The translations under genes and the position numbers were made by a program. A stretch of DNA of 64,000 nt from Cyclobacteriaceae bacterium (GTDB lineage Bacteria; Bacteroidota; Bacteroidia; Cytophagales; Cyclobacteriaceae), in assembly GCA_024644875.1 (NCBI GenBank), contig JAHEGY010000006.1, forward strand, positions 11,439 to 75,438, in the 5' to 3' direction. Positions 45,807-56,934 of the stretch are shown here, in pieces. A model generated the notes under the pieces. The model had not been told where the DNA came from. It saw only the letters and a program-made list of their open reading frames with translations, and ran no database searches. Within the stretch, counting starts at the first letter, position 1, and every line of letters begins with the position of its first letter.

Positions 45807-46601
45807 TTATTTTGAAATTTGAGTGCCGAATTCGTCATTTCCTTTTGATAAGTTTTTCACATCCTTATAATGACATATATGCACCCGGTTTACTCCGGCA
45901 TTTATAGCATCAAAAGCATTATCCACTTTTGGTAACATGCCTGCATTTATTATCCCTTCACGCTTTAGTTTACTATAATTCCTTTCATGAATATTACTGA
46001 TAAGGCTATTATCATCGCTTTGTTCTTTTAATACACCAGGTTTTTCAAAACAATAGTAGAGATCAACCTTATATTCCTTAGTAAGTCCAACAGCCAGCGC
46101 TGAGGCAATGGTATCGGCGTTAGTATTTAACAACTGTCCGTTTTTATCATGTGTCATCGCAGTGAAAATCGGAACAAATCCAGATTTTATTAAAAACTGA
46201 ACATTGCTCACTTCTACTTTTTCAATATCCCCGACAAACCCAAAATCCAGTCCATTTTTTACCGGTCGCCTTTTTGCTGAAATCGTATTGCCATCAGCAC
46301 CCGTAAGACCAAGTGCGTTACATCCATATCCCTGAAGTGCTGCCACGATCTTTTTATTTGCCAGACCAGGCAAAATCATAGTTACGACCTCAAGAGTTTC
46401 TTCGTCTGTTACTCTCCTTCCATTGATCATTTTAACTTCAATACCTAAATGCTGGCACATTTCACTGACCCATTTGCCTCCTCCATGAACTAAAATTTTT
46501 TTACCTGGTATATTAGCGAAATTCTTCAGGAAAACATCCAGTTCATCCTTATCATCAATAACCTTCCCCCCTATCTTGAATATGGATAGATCTTCAAACA
46601 T
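45807..46601 (-). CDS. argB: Acetylglutamate kinase
   Basis: Amino-acid-kinase fold (FKIGGKVI, VHGGG, NTNADT). Its start overlaps the argF' stop by 1 nt. Confidence 0.88.
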   Translation of the reverse strand: MFEDLSIFKIGGKVIDDKDELDVFLKNFANIPGKKILVHGGGKWVSEMCQHLGIEVKMINGRRVTDEETLEVVTMILPGLANKKIVAALQGYGCNALGLTGADGNTISAKRRPVKNGLDFGFVGDIEKVEVSNVQFLIKSGFVPIFTAMTHDKNGQLLNTNADTIASALAVGLTKEYKVDLYYCFEKPGVLKEQSDDNSLISNIHERNYSKLKREGIINAGMLPKVDNAFDAINAGVNRVHICHYKDVKNLSKGNDEFGTQISK

Positions 46602-47548
46602 TAGATAGATTTTAAAATTTCCTGAATAACTGCCTGAGCAGAATATACACGGTTCCCGGCTTCCTCAATGACAATTGACTGCGGGCCATCAAGTACATCA
46701 TCCGCTATCACGACATTTCTCCTAACAGGAAGACAATGCATAACCTTAGCCTCCCTTGTATTGCCAAGTTTTTCAACCGTAATCATCCATTTCTTATCAG
46801 TATTCAAAACTTTACCATATTCCCTGAAGGATGACCAGTTCTTTACATACACAAAATCAGCTCCCTCAAGGGCTTTATTCTGATCATATTCAACTTCGAT
46901 GCCAGTCATAAAAGAATCAGACAACTCATAACCTTCAGGATGTGTAACCACTAATTCATAATCCATCTTCAATGCCCATTCTACGAAAGAATTTGGAACA
47001 GATTGGGGTAGAACTTTCGGGTGAGGTGCCCATGACATAACGACTTTTGGTTTATCAACTACTTTAAACTCTTCAATAGTAAGCATATCAGCCAATGACT
47101 GCAATGGATGACGGGTAGCAGATTCAAGGCTGATGACCGGTACACCTGCGTATTTAATAAGGTTACTCAAAATTTCTTCACTGTAATCAGCATCGCGGTC
47201 AATCAAACCGGGGAATGATCTTAATCCAATGATATCACAATATTCGCCGATCACCGCGGCCGCTTCGATAATGTGCTCGGCTTTGTTCCCATCCATTACT
47301 ACACCTTCCTTTGTTTCCAGCGCCCATCCTTCTCCACTGAAATTCATGACCATGACATTCATTCCAAGGTTCATTCCCGCTTTCTGGGTACTCAGGCGAG
47401 TTCTGAGACTCGGATTCATAAAAATCAGTCCGAGGGTTTTCCCTTCCCCCTGTTTCTTGTATTGAGGATCGGGTATTTTGCAAGACCTCGCAGCATTGAT
47501 CAATGCATTCAAGTCCTGAACATCTGCTATAGAAGTAAAATTTCTCAT
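46601..47548 (-). CDS. argF: N-acyl-ornithine carbamoyltransferase (ArgF' type: N-succinyl- or N-acetyl-ornithine)
   Basis: SLRTR replaces the canonical STRTR of ornithine carbamoyltransferase. It also has the HCLP motif (VMHCLPVRRN). Operon context fits. Confidence 0.85.
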   Translation of the reverse strand: MRNFTSIADVQDLNALINAARSCKIPDPQYKKQGEGKTLGLIFMNPSLRTRLSTQKAGMNLGMNVMVMNFSGEGWALETKEGVVMDGNKAEHIIEAAAVIGEYCDIIGLRSFPGLIDRDADYSEEILSNLIKYAGVPVISLESATRHPLQSLADMLTIEEFKVVDKPKVVMSWAPHPKVLPQSVPNSFVEWALKMDYELVVTHPEGYELSDSFMTGIEVEYDQNKALEGADFVYVKNWSSFREYGKVLNTDKKWMITVEKLGNTREAKVMHCLPVRRNVVIADDVLDGPQSIVIEEAGNRVYSAQAVIQEILKSI

Positions 47549-47549
47549 T

Positions 47550-48545
47550 CTAAAACGCTATTCCCTTGATTTTTAATCCTGTGGTCTCATCAAGCCCATA
47601 CATGAGATTCATATTTTGAACAGCCTGGCCTGATGCGCCTTTTACTAGGTTATCTATCGTGCTGATCACCATTAAATGATCTTCAATTTTATCGATAAAT
47701 AACTGGCAATAATTTGTATTAACAACCTGTTTCAGGTCAATATTTAAATCACTGATATGAACAAAAGGATCATCTTCATAGAATTCAGCAAAATCCTTCT
47801 TTACAGATCCAATTGATGCACTTGTCTTTATATAGGTCGTAGCTATTATGCCTCTTGTAAAATTTCCCCTGTATGGAATAAAAAGCAGATCCTGGTTAAA
47901 TTCCGGATCAGCCATTATAAGACTTTGCCGGATTTCTTTTAGATGCTGATGTTTAAATGCCTTATAAACTGACACATTATTATTTCTCCAGCTGAAATGT
48001 GAGGTGGCACTTAACTTTTGCCCGGCACCGGTCGAGCCAGTAATAGCACTTATATGGACATCCTCTTCAATCAATCGTTTTTTTGCCAGTGGAAGCAATC
48101 CCAATTGAAGGCAAGTAGCGAAACAACCTGGATTTGCGACATTTTTCGCTGAAATAATTTCAGCTTTGTTCAATTCAGGCAGGCCGTAAATAAATGTTCC
48201 AAATTTACTTTGCACCTCAGGATGGCTTTCCTTCAGTCTGAAATCCTGGCTTAGATCAATGATATTTACTGCTTTATCAATTTTACCGGATTGTAGGATC
48301 TTTAACGATTCGTCATGACCCTTACAAAGAAACACTAATTCTGCATTATCTTCAATATCCGAAACGAAACTAAGATTTTCGACATGAAAAAGGTCCGCAT
48401 GTACAGATCCAATTGGATTTCCTGCATTGCTATCGCTTTGCACATAGACTATTTCAACATCAGGATGGTTAATCAGGATCCGAAGTAATTCACCAGCTGT
48501 ATAACCAGCAGCTCCAATTATGCCTACTTTTATTTTACTCATCAA
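47550..48545 (-). CDS. argC: N-acetyl-gamma-glutamyl-phosphate reductase
   Basis: VGIIGAAGYTAGEL Rossmann start and active-site Cys in ANPGCFATC. Confidence 0.92.
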   Translation of the reverse strand: MMSKIKVGIIGAAGYTAGELLRILINHPDVEIVYVQSDSNAGNPIGSVHADLFHVENLSFVSDIEDNAELVFLCKGHDESLKILQSGKIDKAVNIIDLSQDFRLKESHPEVQSKFGTFIYGLPELNKAEIISAKNVANPGCFATCLQLGLLPLAKKRLIEEDVHISAITGSTGAGQKLSATSHFSWRNNNVSVYKAFKHQHLKEIRQSLIMADPEFNQDLLFIPYRGNFTRGIIATTYIKTSASIGSVKKDFAEFYEDDPFVHISDLNIDLKQVVNTNYCQLFIDKIEDHLMVISTIDNLVKGASGQAVQNMNLMYGLDETTGLKIKGIAF

Positions 48546-49734
48546 TGTGGTTTACTTTATTATAGATCATCGTTTGATTGGCCATTATTTTCGTAAATCC
48601 TTTCACATCGTCGCCAGACCATGCCATATTCATCTCACCATATGCCCCAAATTCTGAGGACATCAAATCGTGTTCAGATTCCATACCAAGAATAAAGAAC
48701 CGATAGGGAGCGAGCCGAACATGGACTGTGCCGGATACAAATTTTTGTGTATCCTGTAAGAATCCCTCGATGTTTCTTGCCAGAGGATCAAGGAATTGGC
48801 CTTCATGAATCATCATACCATACCAGTTTGCCAATTGTTCTTTCCAATAGATCTGTCCTTTTGTTAGATTATGTTTCTCAAGATGTTGATGAGCTTTTAT
48901 CACAAGTAGTGGCAAACCAGCCTCAAAACCTACTCTTCCTTTAATTCCGATAACAGTATCACCAACATGTATATCGCGTCCTAATGCCCAGGGTTCAATA
49001 AATTTCGATAATTTGATTAATGCCTGAAGAGGATCATCATAGTTATTATCATTGAATCCAACCAGTTCACCTTTTTCAAATATCAACTTAATGTCCTCGA
49101 TCGATTCTGTTTTCAATTGTGTGGGGAATGCAGAGCCCGGGAGAAACTTATCAGAAGTCAGAGTTTCCTCACCACCTACTGAGGTGCCCCAGATACCTTT
49201 ATTGATGGAATATTTTGCCTTTTCCCAATCTAATTTAACATCATGCTTCTTCAAATAATCTATCTCATCCTGTCGGGACAATTTAAGATCGCGTACTGGT
49301 GTAATTATTGGTATTTCAGGAATCAGGATTCTGAAGATCAGGTCAAATCGCACCTGGTCATTACCTGCTCCTGTTGAACCATGTGCTACATAATCAGCAT
49401 TAAGCTCCTTGGCTTTGGCCGCGATCATTTTCGCCTGAAATACCCTTTCAGAACTAACAGAAAGAGGGTATGTACTATATTTCAATACATTTCCAAAAAC
49501 CAGATATTTTATACACTCATAATAATATTGCTGGGTGGCATCAATCACTTCATGTTTTTTTGCCCCCATCAAAAGAGATTTCTCTCCGATAGATTTCAAT
49601 TCATCTTCCTCAAATCCACCCGTATCAACCAATACGGTATAAACATCCAGACCTCGTTCCTGTGAAAGATACTTTACACAATATGAGGTGTCTAATCCTC
49701 CGCTGTAAGCAAGAACTACTTTTTGATTTTTCAT
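48535..49734 (-). CDS. argG: Argininosuccinate synthase
   Basis: ATP-PPase motif AYSGGLDTS, plus HGSTGAGNDQVRF. Confidence 0.93.
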   Translation of the reverse strand: MKNQKVVLAYSGGLDTSYCVKYLSQERGLDVYTVLVDTGGFEEDELKSIGEKSLLMGAKKHEVIDATQQYYYECIKYLVFGNVLKYSTYPLSVSSERVFQAKMIAAKAKELNADYVAHGSTGAGNDQVRFDLIFRILIPEIPIITPVRDLKLSRQDEIDYLKKHDVKLDWEKAKYSINKGIWGTSVGGEETLTSDKFLPGSAFPTQLKTESIEDIKLIFEKGELVGFNDNNYDDPLQALIKLSKFIEPWALGRDIHVGDTVIGIKGRVGFEAGLPLLVIKAHQHLEKHNLTKGQIYWKEQLANWYGMMIHEGQFLDPLARNIEGFLQDTQKFVSGTVHVRLAPYRFFILGMESEHDLMSSEFGAYGEMNMAWSGDDVKGFTKIMANQTMIYNKVNHIDE

Positions 49735-49755
49735 TTTTTCATAGATTAAAAAATT

Positions 49756-50406
49756 CTAGGTATTTTCTTTTGATTTTTGAATTCCTTTTAAAAGTACATG
49801 TTTTTTAAATCTGATCCACCTATCATAAATCCTTAATCTTTTCAGATTAAATTTTTTCCCATTATTAGGTGCTTTTTCAGGATCAAATAACATTCCGGTA
49901 CACAAGCAATGCACCCTATTCATACGGTTCAATATATCATAATTAACGCAACTCGAGCAACCATACCAAAACTGATCATCCTGTGTTAGCTCAGAAAAAG
50001 TGACCGGCCGATATCCCAGCTCTGAGTTTATATGCATGACAGCAAGATTGGTGGTCAATCCAAATAATTTTGCTTTGGGATATAGTTCCCTGGAAAGTTC
50101 AAATGCTTTTCTTTTTATTTTTTTAGCAAGCCCCATTTTTCTGAAATCCGGGTGCACGATAAGACCTGAGTTAGCTACATAATTTGATTTACTCCATTTT
50201 TCAATATAGCAGAATCCGGCAAACTTACCATCCTTTGTTAAACAAATGATGGCGTGTCCGTTTTCAATCTTTTTGCGTATATACTCTTCAGGCCTCCTGG
50301 CAATTCCGGTCCCCCTTTCCTTGGCAGAAGCTTCGATATAATCACAGATTACGTTGCTGTAATTTAAAAAGTTTTTATTTGAGATATAGATCTTAAAATC
50401 GGGCAT
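49756..50406 (-). CDS. GNAT-family acyltransferase, first gene of the arginine operon (putative glutamate N-acyltransferase)
   Basis: GNAT core (VHPDFRKMGLAKKI) with a C-terminal Cys-containing extension (CSSCVNYD...VHCLC). It lies 21 bp upstream of argG. Confidence 0.75.
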   Translation of the reverse strand: MPDFKIYISNKNFLNYSNVICDYIEASAKERGTGIARRPEEYIRKKIENGHAIICLTKDGKFAGFCYIEKWSKSNYVANSGLIVHPDFRKMGLAKKIKRKAFELSRELYPKAKLFGLTTNLAVMHINSELGYRPVTFSELTQDDQFWYGCSSCVNYDILNRMNRVHCLCTGMLFDPEKAPNNGKKFNLKRLRIYDRWIRFKKHVLLKGIQKSKENT

Positions 50407-50620
50407 AAATCAAATGCTTTTTATTCTGATTTTTGTTTTTGGAATATTGGATGGGTGGATTACCATTACGTAAATGGCATTAAAAATTAACCGGCCCTAA
50501 GGCCTGAAAAAAGCATTGATGCTGTGTTCTATATGAATCTTGATATAATTCAATTATTGAGTAATTTATGCAAAGAGAATCAAAAAAAAACAATTATTAA
50601 AGATTTAAGAACAATATTTA

Positions 50621-51163
50621 CTAAAAATATTTGCGATCCAGTATTTCCTTTAAGATGATGGCATCCTTGATGCTGTCCTTATTTTGTAATAGTTCCCTGA
50701 ACCGTTTAGCTGTGTGAATATTCACACCCTTTTCTATTTTATATTCTTCAAATCTTTTCTTTTTGGTCAGTTCCAGGTCAACTTGTTCATCAAGAGTTTT
50801 GAGATCTTTGTTAACATTATATACTTCTTCATAACTTTTATATTCCCCTTCTTCCGCGGTTTCATATTTTTCCCTGCTTTTTTCTTCCTCCTGATAATAG
50901 CTATCCTCAACATAAGATTCATGAGGCTCTTCGTTTTCCTCCTCATAATCATATACCGGTTTCTCTTTCTGTCCGGTAAATTCCCTTAAAAGGTCTTCGA
51001 AAGATACAGGTTTTTCTTTTTGGGAGGTCTGATCATACCCCCTTCTTGAATCTGCATCCCGTTGATTTTGGGGTGGTGCTGCTGGCTTTTTTTTACGAAA
51101 TGCACGACTTAAAAAATAAATTGCTCCTAATGCGATATAAATGTATAATTCAAGATCATCCAT
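50621..51163 (-). CDS. Hypothetical single-pass membrane protein with an acidic, low-complexity tail
   Basis: N-terminal TM helix (LYIYIALGAIYFL), then a charged region with QKEKPV repeated twice. Confidence 0.5.
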   Translation of the reverse strand: MDDLELYIYIALGAIYFLSRAFRKKKPAAPPQNQRDADSRRGYDQTSQKEKPVSFEDLLREFTGQKEKPVYDYEEENEEPHESYVEDSYYQEEEKSREKYETAEEGEYKSYEEVYNVNKDLKTLDEQVDLELTKKKRFEEYKIEKGVNIHTAKRFRELLQNKDSIKDAIILKEILDRKYF

Positions 51164-51189
51164 GCTAACACAAATCTAAGAAATAATTT

Positions 51190-51197
51190 TATATTTG
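51190..51197 (+). promoter_or_regulatory. Candidate Bacteroidota -7 promoter box (TAnnTTTG)
   Basis: TATATTTG, 35 bp upstream of the smc ATG. Confidence 0.3.
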
Positions 51198-51231
51198 CCT
51201 TCTATAATTAATTTATGATCAAACTTGCCGG

Positions 51232-54200
51232 ATGGAGCTGACTAAACTTGAAGTAAAAGGATTCAAAAGTTTTGGAGACAAAGTTGTTATAAACTTTAAC
51301 AAGGGAATAACTGGCATAGTTGGACCAAACGGTTGTGGAAAATCCAATATTGTGGATGCAATCCGCTGGGTACTTGGGGAACAGAAGATTAAAACACTTC
51401 GTTCCGAGAAGATGGAAAACATCATCTTTAATGGTACTAAAAACAGAAAAGCCCTTCAGCTGGCGGAAGCTTCCATTACTTTTGAAAATACCAAGAATAT
51501 TTTACCTACTGAATATTCTTCTGTTACCATTACCAGAAGGTATTTCAGGTCCGGTGACAGTGAATATTTGTTAAATGGTGTTCCCTGCAGGCTGAAAGAT
51601 ATCACAAACCTCTTTCTGGACACAGGGATTGCATCTCATAGTTATGCTATAATTGAATTGGCTATGGTTGATGAGATCCTTAATGACAAGGATAACAGCC
51701 GAAGGCATCTTTTTGAAGAAGCAGCAGGAATCTCAAAATTCAGGGTCCGGAAAAGAGAAACCATGCGTAAACTGGAGGCTACTGATCTTGACCTTGAAAG
51801 AGTAGAAGACCTGATCTATGAGATACAAAAAAACATGCGGTCTTTAGAAAGACAAGCAAGACAGACAAAACGATATTTCAAGATCAAGGAAGAATACAAG
51901 GATTTAAGTATTCTGCTGGCAAGAAAAACTGTAGCCCTGCAAAAGGAACAACTCGAAAACATTAACATACAAACAGCCAGGGAAAATGATAAAAAACTAA
52001 GCCTTTCCAAAAAAGTTATCGAAAAAGAAGCTGCCATAGAAAAGGCAAAAAAGGAGCTCCTGGAAAAAGAGAAGGTTCTATCACAAAAGCAAAAGGCTCT
52101 AAATGAATTTGTGGCAAAAATCAGGCAGTTTGAAAGCGATAAAAAGATCAAGAATGAAAAATTAAGATTTCTTAAGGATAAAAGCTTGAATCTCGAGGAC
52201 CAGATCGAGCAGGATAAAAAGAGTAATGAAAGAGCCTTATTCAGTATTCAAAGTCTGAAACAGGAGAAACAATCCGACGAAACCACACTTAAGGAACTGG
52301 AAACTAAAGTCAAAGGGCTTCAGGATGAGCATCTTGAAGAAAAGAACAGAACCCAGAATCTACGTGACGAGCTGGATTCTATGAACGAAGTATACAAGGT
52401 GAAACACGAAGAGGTTTTCCAGTATAACAAGGAATTTGAAATTAAAGAAATACAGCTGAATACCCTTAATCAGGAGCTGGAGAAAACGACAAGCGATACG
52501 ACCGAACAATCGGAGAGTCTGGTAGAATTTGACAAAAAAATTAAAGAGATCCGTTCAGAAATTGACAGCAAATCAAAGTATCTAGATTCGCTGAAAAAAG
52601 GAGAAAATCAAATTGAAGAAAGAATTGAATCTTCTGATAAACTGATTGAAAAAATAAAGGATGAGCTTTCAGCCACAAACCGTGTCCTGGATTCGAAACA
52701 AAATGAGTATAATCTTACGAAATCCCTGGTTGATAATTTAGAAGGTTTCCCGGAAGCAATCCGGTTTTTAAAAACACAGAAGAGTTGGGGAAAAAAGGCG
52801 CCTCTACTGAGTGATATTCTTACCACTGAAGAGAAATACAGGGCTACTATTGAGAATTACCTGGAACCCTATATGAATTATTATGTGGTGGATACTGAGG
52901 CTGATGCCTTCAAGGCTGTTAATTTATTAAGTGAAGCATCCAAGGGAAGAGCGCATTTCTTTATTCTTGATAGCTTTGAAAAATTTACTCCCTCCCCCAT
53001 TAAAATTTTTGATAATGCTACACCTGCCACTGAGATTGTAGAGTATGATCTTAAATATCAGAAACTGGTAAGTTACATCCTGAACAATGTATATTTGATC
53101 TCCCAGGTATCCGGAGATTTCCCAAAGGATGAAGAGGCTATCTTCATAACAGCCAATGGTAAATTCACTAAGAAGAGATTTAGTATCTCAGGAGGATCTG
53201 TAGGTCTTTTTGAAGGTAAAAGAATAGGAAGGGCAAAAAACCTTGAAAAACTTGACCGTGAGATTAAAAAATTAAATAAAAAGCATCAGGACATTAAAAA
53301 TAAACTGAATGAAGAATTAAAGGCGCTTGTAAAGCTTAAAGGATCTACTAAAAAAGATAAGATCGAAATACTCCAGACGGAAATCAATCAGTTCAATGAA
53401 AGCCTGATATCCCTTAAAACCAGGGAAGAACAATATTCACAGCTTTTGTCTAACCAATCTACAAAAAAAGAGAATATACTGGAGAAGATAGAAGAATTAA
53501 ACAATGACCTCGAAAAATTATCCCCTATTACTGAAAAGGGTAAGACAGATCTTGAAATATTGGGTGAAAAAATCGTAAGCCTGCAAAACGAACTTAAGAA
53601 CCAGCAGGAAATGTTTTCATTAAAATCAACTGCCTATAATGATGAAAACATTCTTTTTCACCAACAAAAAAACAAAATCAATAGTCTTGATCAGGAAATA
53701 AATTTTAAATCAATAGCCTTCGAAAACTCTAAAGAGAGAATAAACAAAAACCATGAATCCCTGGAGCTAAACGAGAAAGAAATAAAAGAGCTTCTTTCCT
53801 CTGATGAGAACAGTGAGGATGTGATCCTTGGGATGTATGAGGAAAAAGAAACACTGGAGAAAATTCTCAATGAATCTGAAAAAGAATATTATTCGGCACG
53901 AGGGAAAATTGATGAAATTGAAAACCAGGTTCGAGAATTACAACATAGCAGGGAAAATATAGATACCATCATTATTGAGCTAAAAGATAAACTCAATGAC
54001 ATCAAACTTCAATTAAATAGCATAAAAGAGAGATTATCCGTTGAATTCCAGGTAAGCCTGGAGGAAATTTTGAAAGAAACAGATAAGGAAGGGGATGATT
54101 CCGAGGAAACAGAAGAGTCATTGAGGGAAAAAGTAGATTTAATAAAGAATAAGCTGGAGAAAATTGGTCCTATCAACCCAATGGCAATGGAGGCTTATGA

Positions 54201-54771
54201 TGAGGTTAAAAAACGAAATGATTTTATTACGGAACAAAGAGAGGATCTGCTTCAGGCAAAAGAATCACTAATTGCTACAATCGATGAGATCGACCTTGCC
54301 GCAAGGGCAAATTTCATGGAAGCCTTTGAGAGAATAAAAGAAAACTTCATTAATGTTTTCAGAACCTTGTTTGGTGAAGAAGATGACTGCGATCTGGTCC
54401 TTACGAACATTGAAGATCCATTGAGTTCAAGTATTGATATCATTGCCAAACCCAAAGGGAAGAAACCATTGACGATTAATCAACTTTCCGGCGGGGAGAA
54501 AACACTGACTGCTACTTCACTGCTTTTTGCAATTTATCTGATGAAGCCGGCACCATTCTGTATATTTGATGAGGTTGATGCCCCCCTCGATGACGCAAAC
54601 CTTGACAAATTCAACCTGATTATAAGAAAATTCTCCAAGGATTCACAATTTATCATTGTAACACATAACAAGCGAACCATGATCTCCACCGATGTTATCT
54701 ACGGCATTACCATGGTCGAGCAGGGAATATCCAAAGTTGTTCCGGTCGACTTAAGGGAGTTGGAGGTTTGA
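51232..54771 (+). CDS. smc: Chromosome segregation protein SMC
   Basis: 1179 aa. Walker A GPNGCGKSNIVDAIRWVLGEQ, long coiled coils and a central hinge. The C-terminus has the LSGGEK signature and the Walker B motif FCIFDEVDAPLD. Confidence 0.95.
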   Translation: MELTKLEVKGFKSFGDKVVINFNKGITGIVGPNGCGKSNIVDAIRWVLGEQKIKTLRSEKMENIIFNGTKNRKALQLAEASITFENTKNILPTEYSSVTITRRYFRSGDSEYLLNGVPCRLKDITNLFLDTGIASHSYAIIELAMVDEILNDKDNSRRHLFEEAAGISKFRVRKRETMRKLEATDLDLERVEDLIYEIQKNMRSLERQARQTKRYFKIKEEYKDLSILLARKTVALQKEQLENINIQTARENDKKLSLSKKVIEKEAAIEKAKKELLEKEKVLSQKQKALNEFVAKIRQFESDKKIKNEKLRFLKDKSLNLEDQIEQDKKSNERALFSIQSLKQEKQSDETTLKELETKVKGLQDEHLEEKNRTQNLRDELDSMNEVYKVKHEEVFQYNKEFEIKEIQLNTLNQELEKTTSDTTEQSESLVEFDKKIKEIRSEIDSKSKYLDSLKKGENQIEERIESSDKLIEKIKDELSATNRVLDSKQNEYNLTKSLVDNLEGFPEAIRFLKTQKSWGKKAPLLSDILTTEEKYRATIENYLEPYMNYYVVDTEADAFKAVNLLSEASKGRAHFFILDSFEKFTPSPIKIFDNATPATEIVEYDLKYQKLVSYILNNVYLISQVSGDFPKDEEAIFITANGKFTKKRFSISGGSVGLFEGKRIGRAKNLEKLDREIKKLNKKHQDIKNKLNEELKALVKLKGSTKKDKIEILQTEINQFNESLISLKTREEQYSQLLSNQSTKKENILEKIEELNNDLEKLSPITEKGKTDLEILGEKIVSLQNELKNQQEMFSLKSTAYNDENILFHQQKNKINSLDQEINFKSIAFENSKERINKNHESLELNEKEIKELLSSDENSEDVILGMYEEKETLEKILNESEKEYYSARGKIDEIENQVRELQHSRENIDTIIIELKDKLNDIKLQLNSIKERLSVEFQVSLEEILKETDKEGDDSEETEESLREKVDLIKNKLEKIGPINPMAMEAYDEVKKRNDFITEQREDLLQAKESLIATIDEIDLAARANFMEAFERIKENFINVFRTLFGEEDDCDLVLTNIEDPLSSSIDIIAKPKGKKPLTINQLSGGEKTLTATSLLFAIYLMKPAPFCIFDEVDAPLDDANLDKFNLIIRKFSKDSQFIIVTHNKRTMISTDVIYGITMVEQGISKVVPVDLRELEV

Positions 54772-54848
54772 TTTTATAAAGCGTTGCTTTATTACTACCA
54801 AGACATTAATAGAATTTATGATATGAATAAAGTTTTAATGAATATAAA

Positions 54849-56498
54849 ATGTTAAAAAAGATAAATCCTACAAAAACAAAAGCCTGGACTAAACTCAAAG
54901 ATCATTATAATGAAATTCATGATAAACATATGACAGGTATGTTTGATGAAGATCCTGAAAGGGCTGATAAGTTCTCAATTGAATTTAATGAGATCCTGAT
55001 TGATTATTCAAAAAACCGGATAAATGATGAAACGAAGAAACTGCTGATAGAATTAGCCGAGGAAGTTGACCTGAAAGGCGCCATCAACTCCATGTTTACC
55101 GGAGAAAAGATCAATTTAACCGAACGGAGGGCAGTACTGCATGTAGCGCTCAGGAACAGGCTGAATGCTCCTATCTACGTGGATAACCAGGATGTTATGC
55201 CTGATATCAATAAGGTATTGGACAAAATGAAATTCTTCTCTGAAGAGGTCATTTCAGGTAAGTGGAAAGGATATACTGGTAAGCATATCACAGATATCGT
55301 TAATATAGGCATTGGTGGATCTGCCCTCGGACCATTGATGGTAACAAAAGCACTCAGACCATTTAAGATTCCTCATATAAATGTTCATTTTGTCTCGAAT
55401 GTAGATGGTTCACAAATAGCCGAAACCCTTTCAAAGGTGGATCCTGAAAGAACCATGTTCCTGATCTCATCAAAGACTTTTACTACTCAGGAAACGATGA
55501 CCAATGCCCATACCGCAAGGGATTGGTTTCTTAAGTCAGCGTTTGATGAGGAAAATATTAAAAAACATTTTGTTGCAATATCCACCAATAAGGAAGCTGT
55601 TGAGCATTTTGGGATAGATCCAAAAAATATGTTCGAATTCTGGAATTGGGTAGGTGGAAGATATTCACTCTGGTCAGCAATCGGATTATCCATTATCTTG
55701 AGTATAGGTTTTGAAAACTTTCTGGAGTTACATAAAGGTGCTCATGAAATGGATCTGCATTTCCTGAACACTGAATTTGAAAATAATATCCCGGTAATTC
55801 TGGCATTATTGGGCATTTGGTATAATAATTTTTTCGATGCCGACACCTATGCCATTCTACCTTACAGCCAGGATATGCAATACCTGCCAACCTATCTGCA
55901 GCAGGGGGATATGGAAAGCAATGGCAAGAGTGTGGACAGAAGTGAAAATATGGTGGACTATCAGACGGGTCCCATAATATGGGGTGAACCAGGTACGGAC
56001 GGACAACATGCTTTTTATCAATTAATACATCAGGGCACCAAAATGATCCCTTGTGATTTTCTTATTCCTGCCAGAAGTTTTGATCAGGTTGGGGACCACC
56101 ATGAAAAACTGATTTCTAACTTCTTTGCACAGACTGAAGCTTTAATGAAAGGTAAATCTGAAAAAGAAGTAATTACTGAATTTGAAAGAAACGAAAAGAA
56201 ATTAGAGGATGTTGTTCATCTTGTCCCTTACAAGGTTTTTCATGGAAACCGCCCAACAAATTCAATTTTATTTAAAGAACTCACTCCAGGAACTTTAGGA
56301 GGTTTAATTGCCATGTATGAACATAAGATCTTTGTACAGGGTGTAATCTGGAATATCTTTAGCTTTGATCAGTGGGGCGTGGAACTTGGCAAACAATTGG
56401 CACAGAAGATTTTACCCGAGCTTGAAAGCGATCAGAAAATAAAAACCCACGATGGTTCAACAAATAACCTAATCAATTACTACAAGAAAATCCGGTAG
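54849..56498 (+). CDS. pgi: Glucose-6-phosphate isomerase
   Basis: [19 protein letters not shown], and the [19 protein letters not shown] signature. Confidence 0.95.
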   Translation: MLKKINPTKTKAWTKLKDHYNEIHDKHMTGMFDEDPERADKFSIEFNEILIDYSKNRINDETKKLLIELAEEVDLKGAINSMFTGEKINLTERRAVLHVALRNRLNAPIYVDNQDVMPDINKVLDKMKFFSEEVISGKWKGYTGKHITDIVNIGIGGSALGPLMVTKALRPFKIPHINVHFVSNVDGSQIAETLSKVDPERTMFLISSKTFTTQETMTNAHTARDWFLKSAFDEENIKKHFVAISTNKEAVEHFGIDPKNMFEFWNWVGGRYSLWSAIGLSIILSIGFENFLELHKGAHEMDLHFLNTEFENNIPVILALLGIWYNNFFDADTYAILPYSQDMQYLPTYLQQGDMESNGKSVDRSENMVDYQTGPIIWGEPGTDGQHAFYQLIHQGTKMIPCDFLIPARSFDQVGDHHEKLISNFFAQTEALMKGKSEKEVITEFERNEKKLEDVVHLVPYKVFHGNRPTNSILFKELTPGTLGGLIAMYEHKIFVQGVIWNIFSFDQWGVELGKQLAQKILPELESDQKIKTHDGSTNNLINYYKKIR

Positions 56499-56508
56499 AA
56501 GATTTGCT

Positions 56509-56934
56509 TTACTGGATTGAGGAATAAAGGGTTCGTTCTTTTATCTCTGTGTTACTGGCTTGGAGTAATTCTTCTGAATTCAATAATTCAATTTGGATAA
56601 CACCTTTAGTATTATCCAGTATCCTGTATTCCTGATCACCTAGGGCTGATTTTAAAACCAGGGATGGAATATTATAATTTACAGACCATAAGCCTGTCTC
56701 CAGGGATCTATCAGTATTGATTTTGGTAAAGAATCCATCATCTCTGAGAATGATTTTATATAATTCCTTTCTAGTTTTAATCGAAGTAAATTGATTGGCT
56801 GACATTTCTTCCACCTGCACAACTTTTTCAGCAATACCCTCAGCATCAGAGCTTATTACATCACTTTCCCAGTTGAAATAAGCTGTCCAGGCAATGACTT
56901 GGAATATGAAGAATAAGGTTATACGAAATTTCAT
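56509..56934 (-). CDS. Hypothetical secreted/anchored protein
   Basis: 141-aa ORF with an N-terminal hydrophobic segment (MKFRITLFFIFQVIAWTAYF). No family recognised. Confidence 0.5.
   Translation of the reverse strand: MKFRITLFFIFQVIAWTAYFNWESDVISSDAEGIAEKVVQVEEMSANQFTSIKTRKELYKIILRDDGFFTKINTDRSLETGLWSVNYNIPSLVLKSALGDQEYRILDNTKGVIQIELLNSEELLQASNTEIKERTLYSSIQ

Noticed and set aside
50541-50575. A possible ARG box (TGCATAAATTACTCAATAATTGAATTAT on the minus strand) upstream of the arginine operon.
   Set aside because: It is a poor match to the TGAAT-N4-ATTCA pattern, with spacing off by one. It also lies upstream of a weak terminator-like hairpin (about 50493-50504), so it may not be in the operon's promoter. 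I cannot support it without a motif model for this lineage.
51232-54771. SMC as part of a defence system (Wadjet/Lamassu-like).
   Set aside because: It is a full-length canonical SMC (1179 aa with a hinge) and has no JetA/B/D-like or nuclease partners. Its flanking genes are housekeeping.
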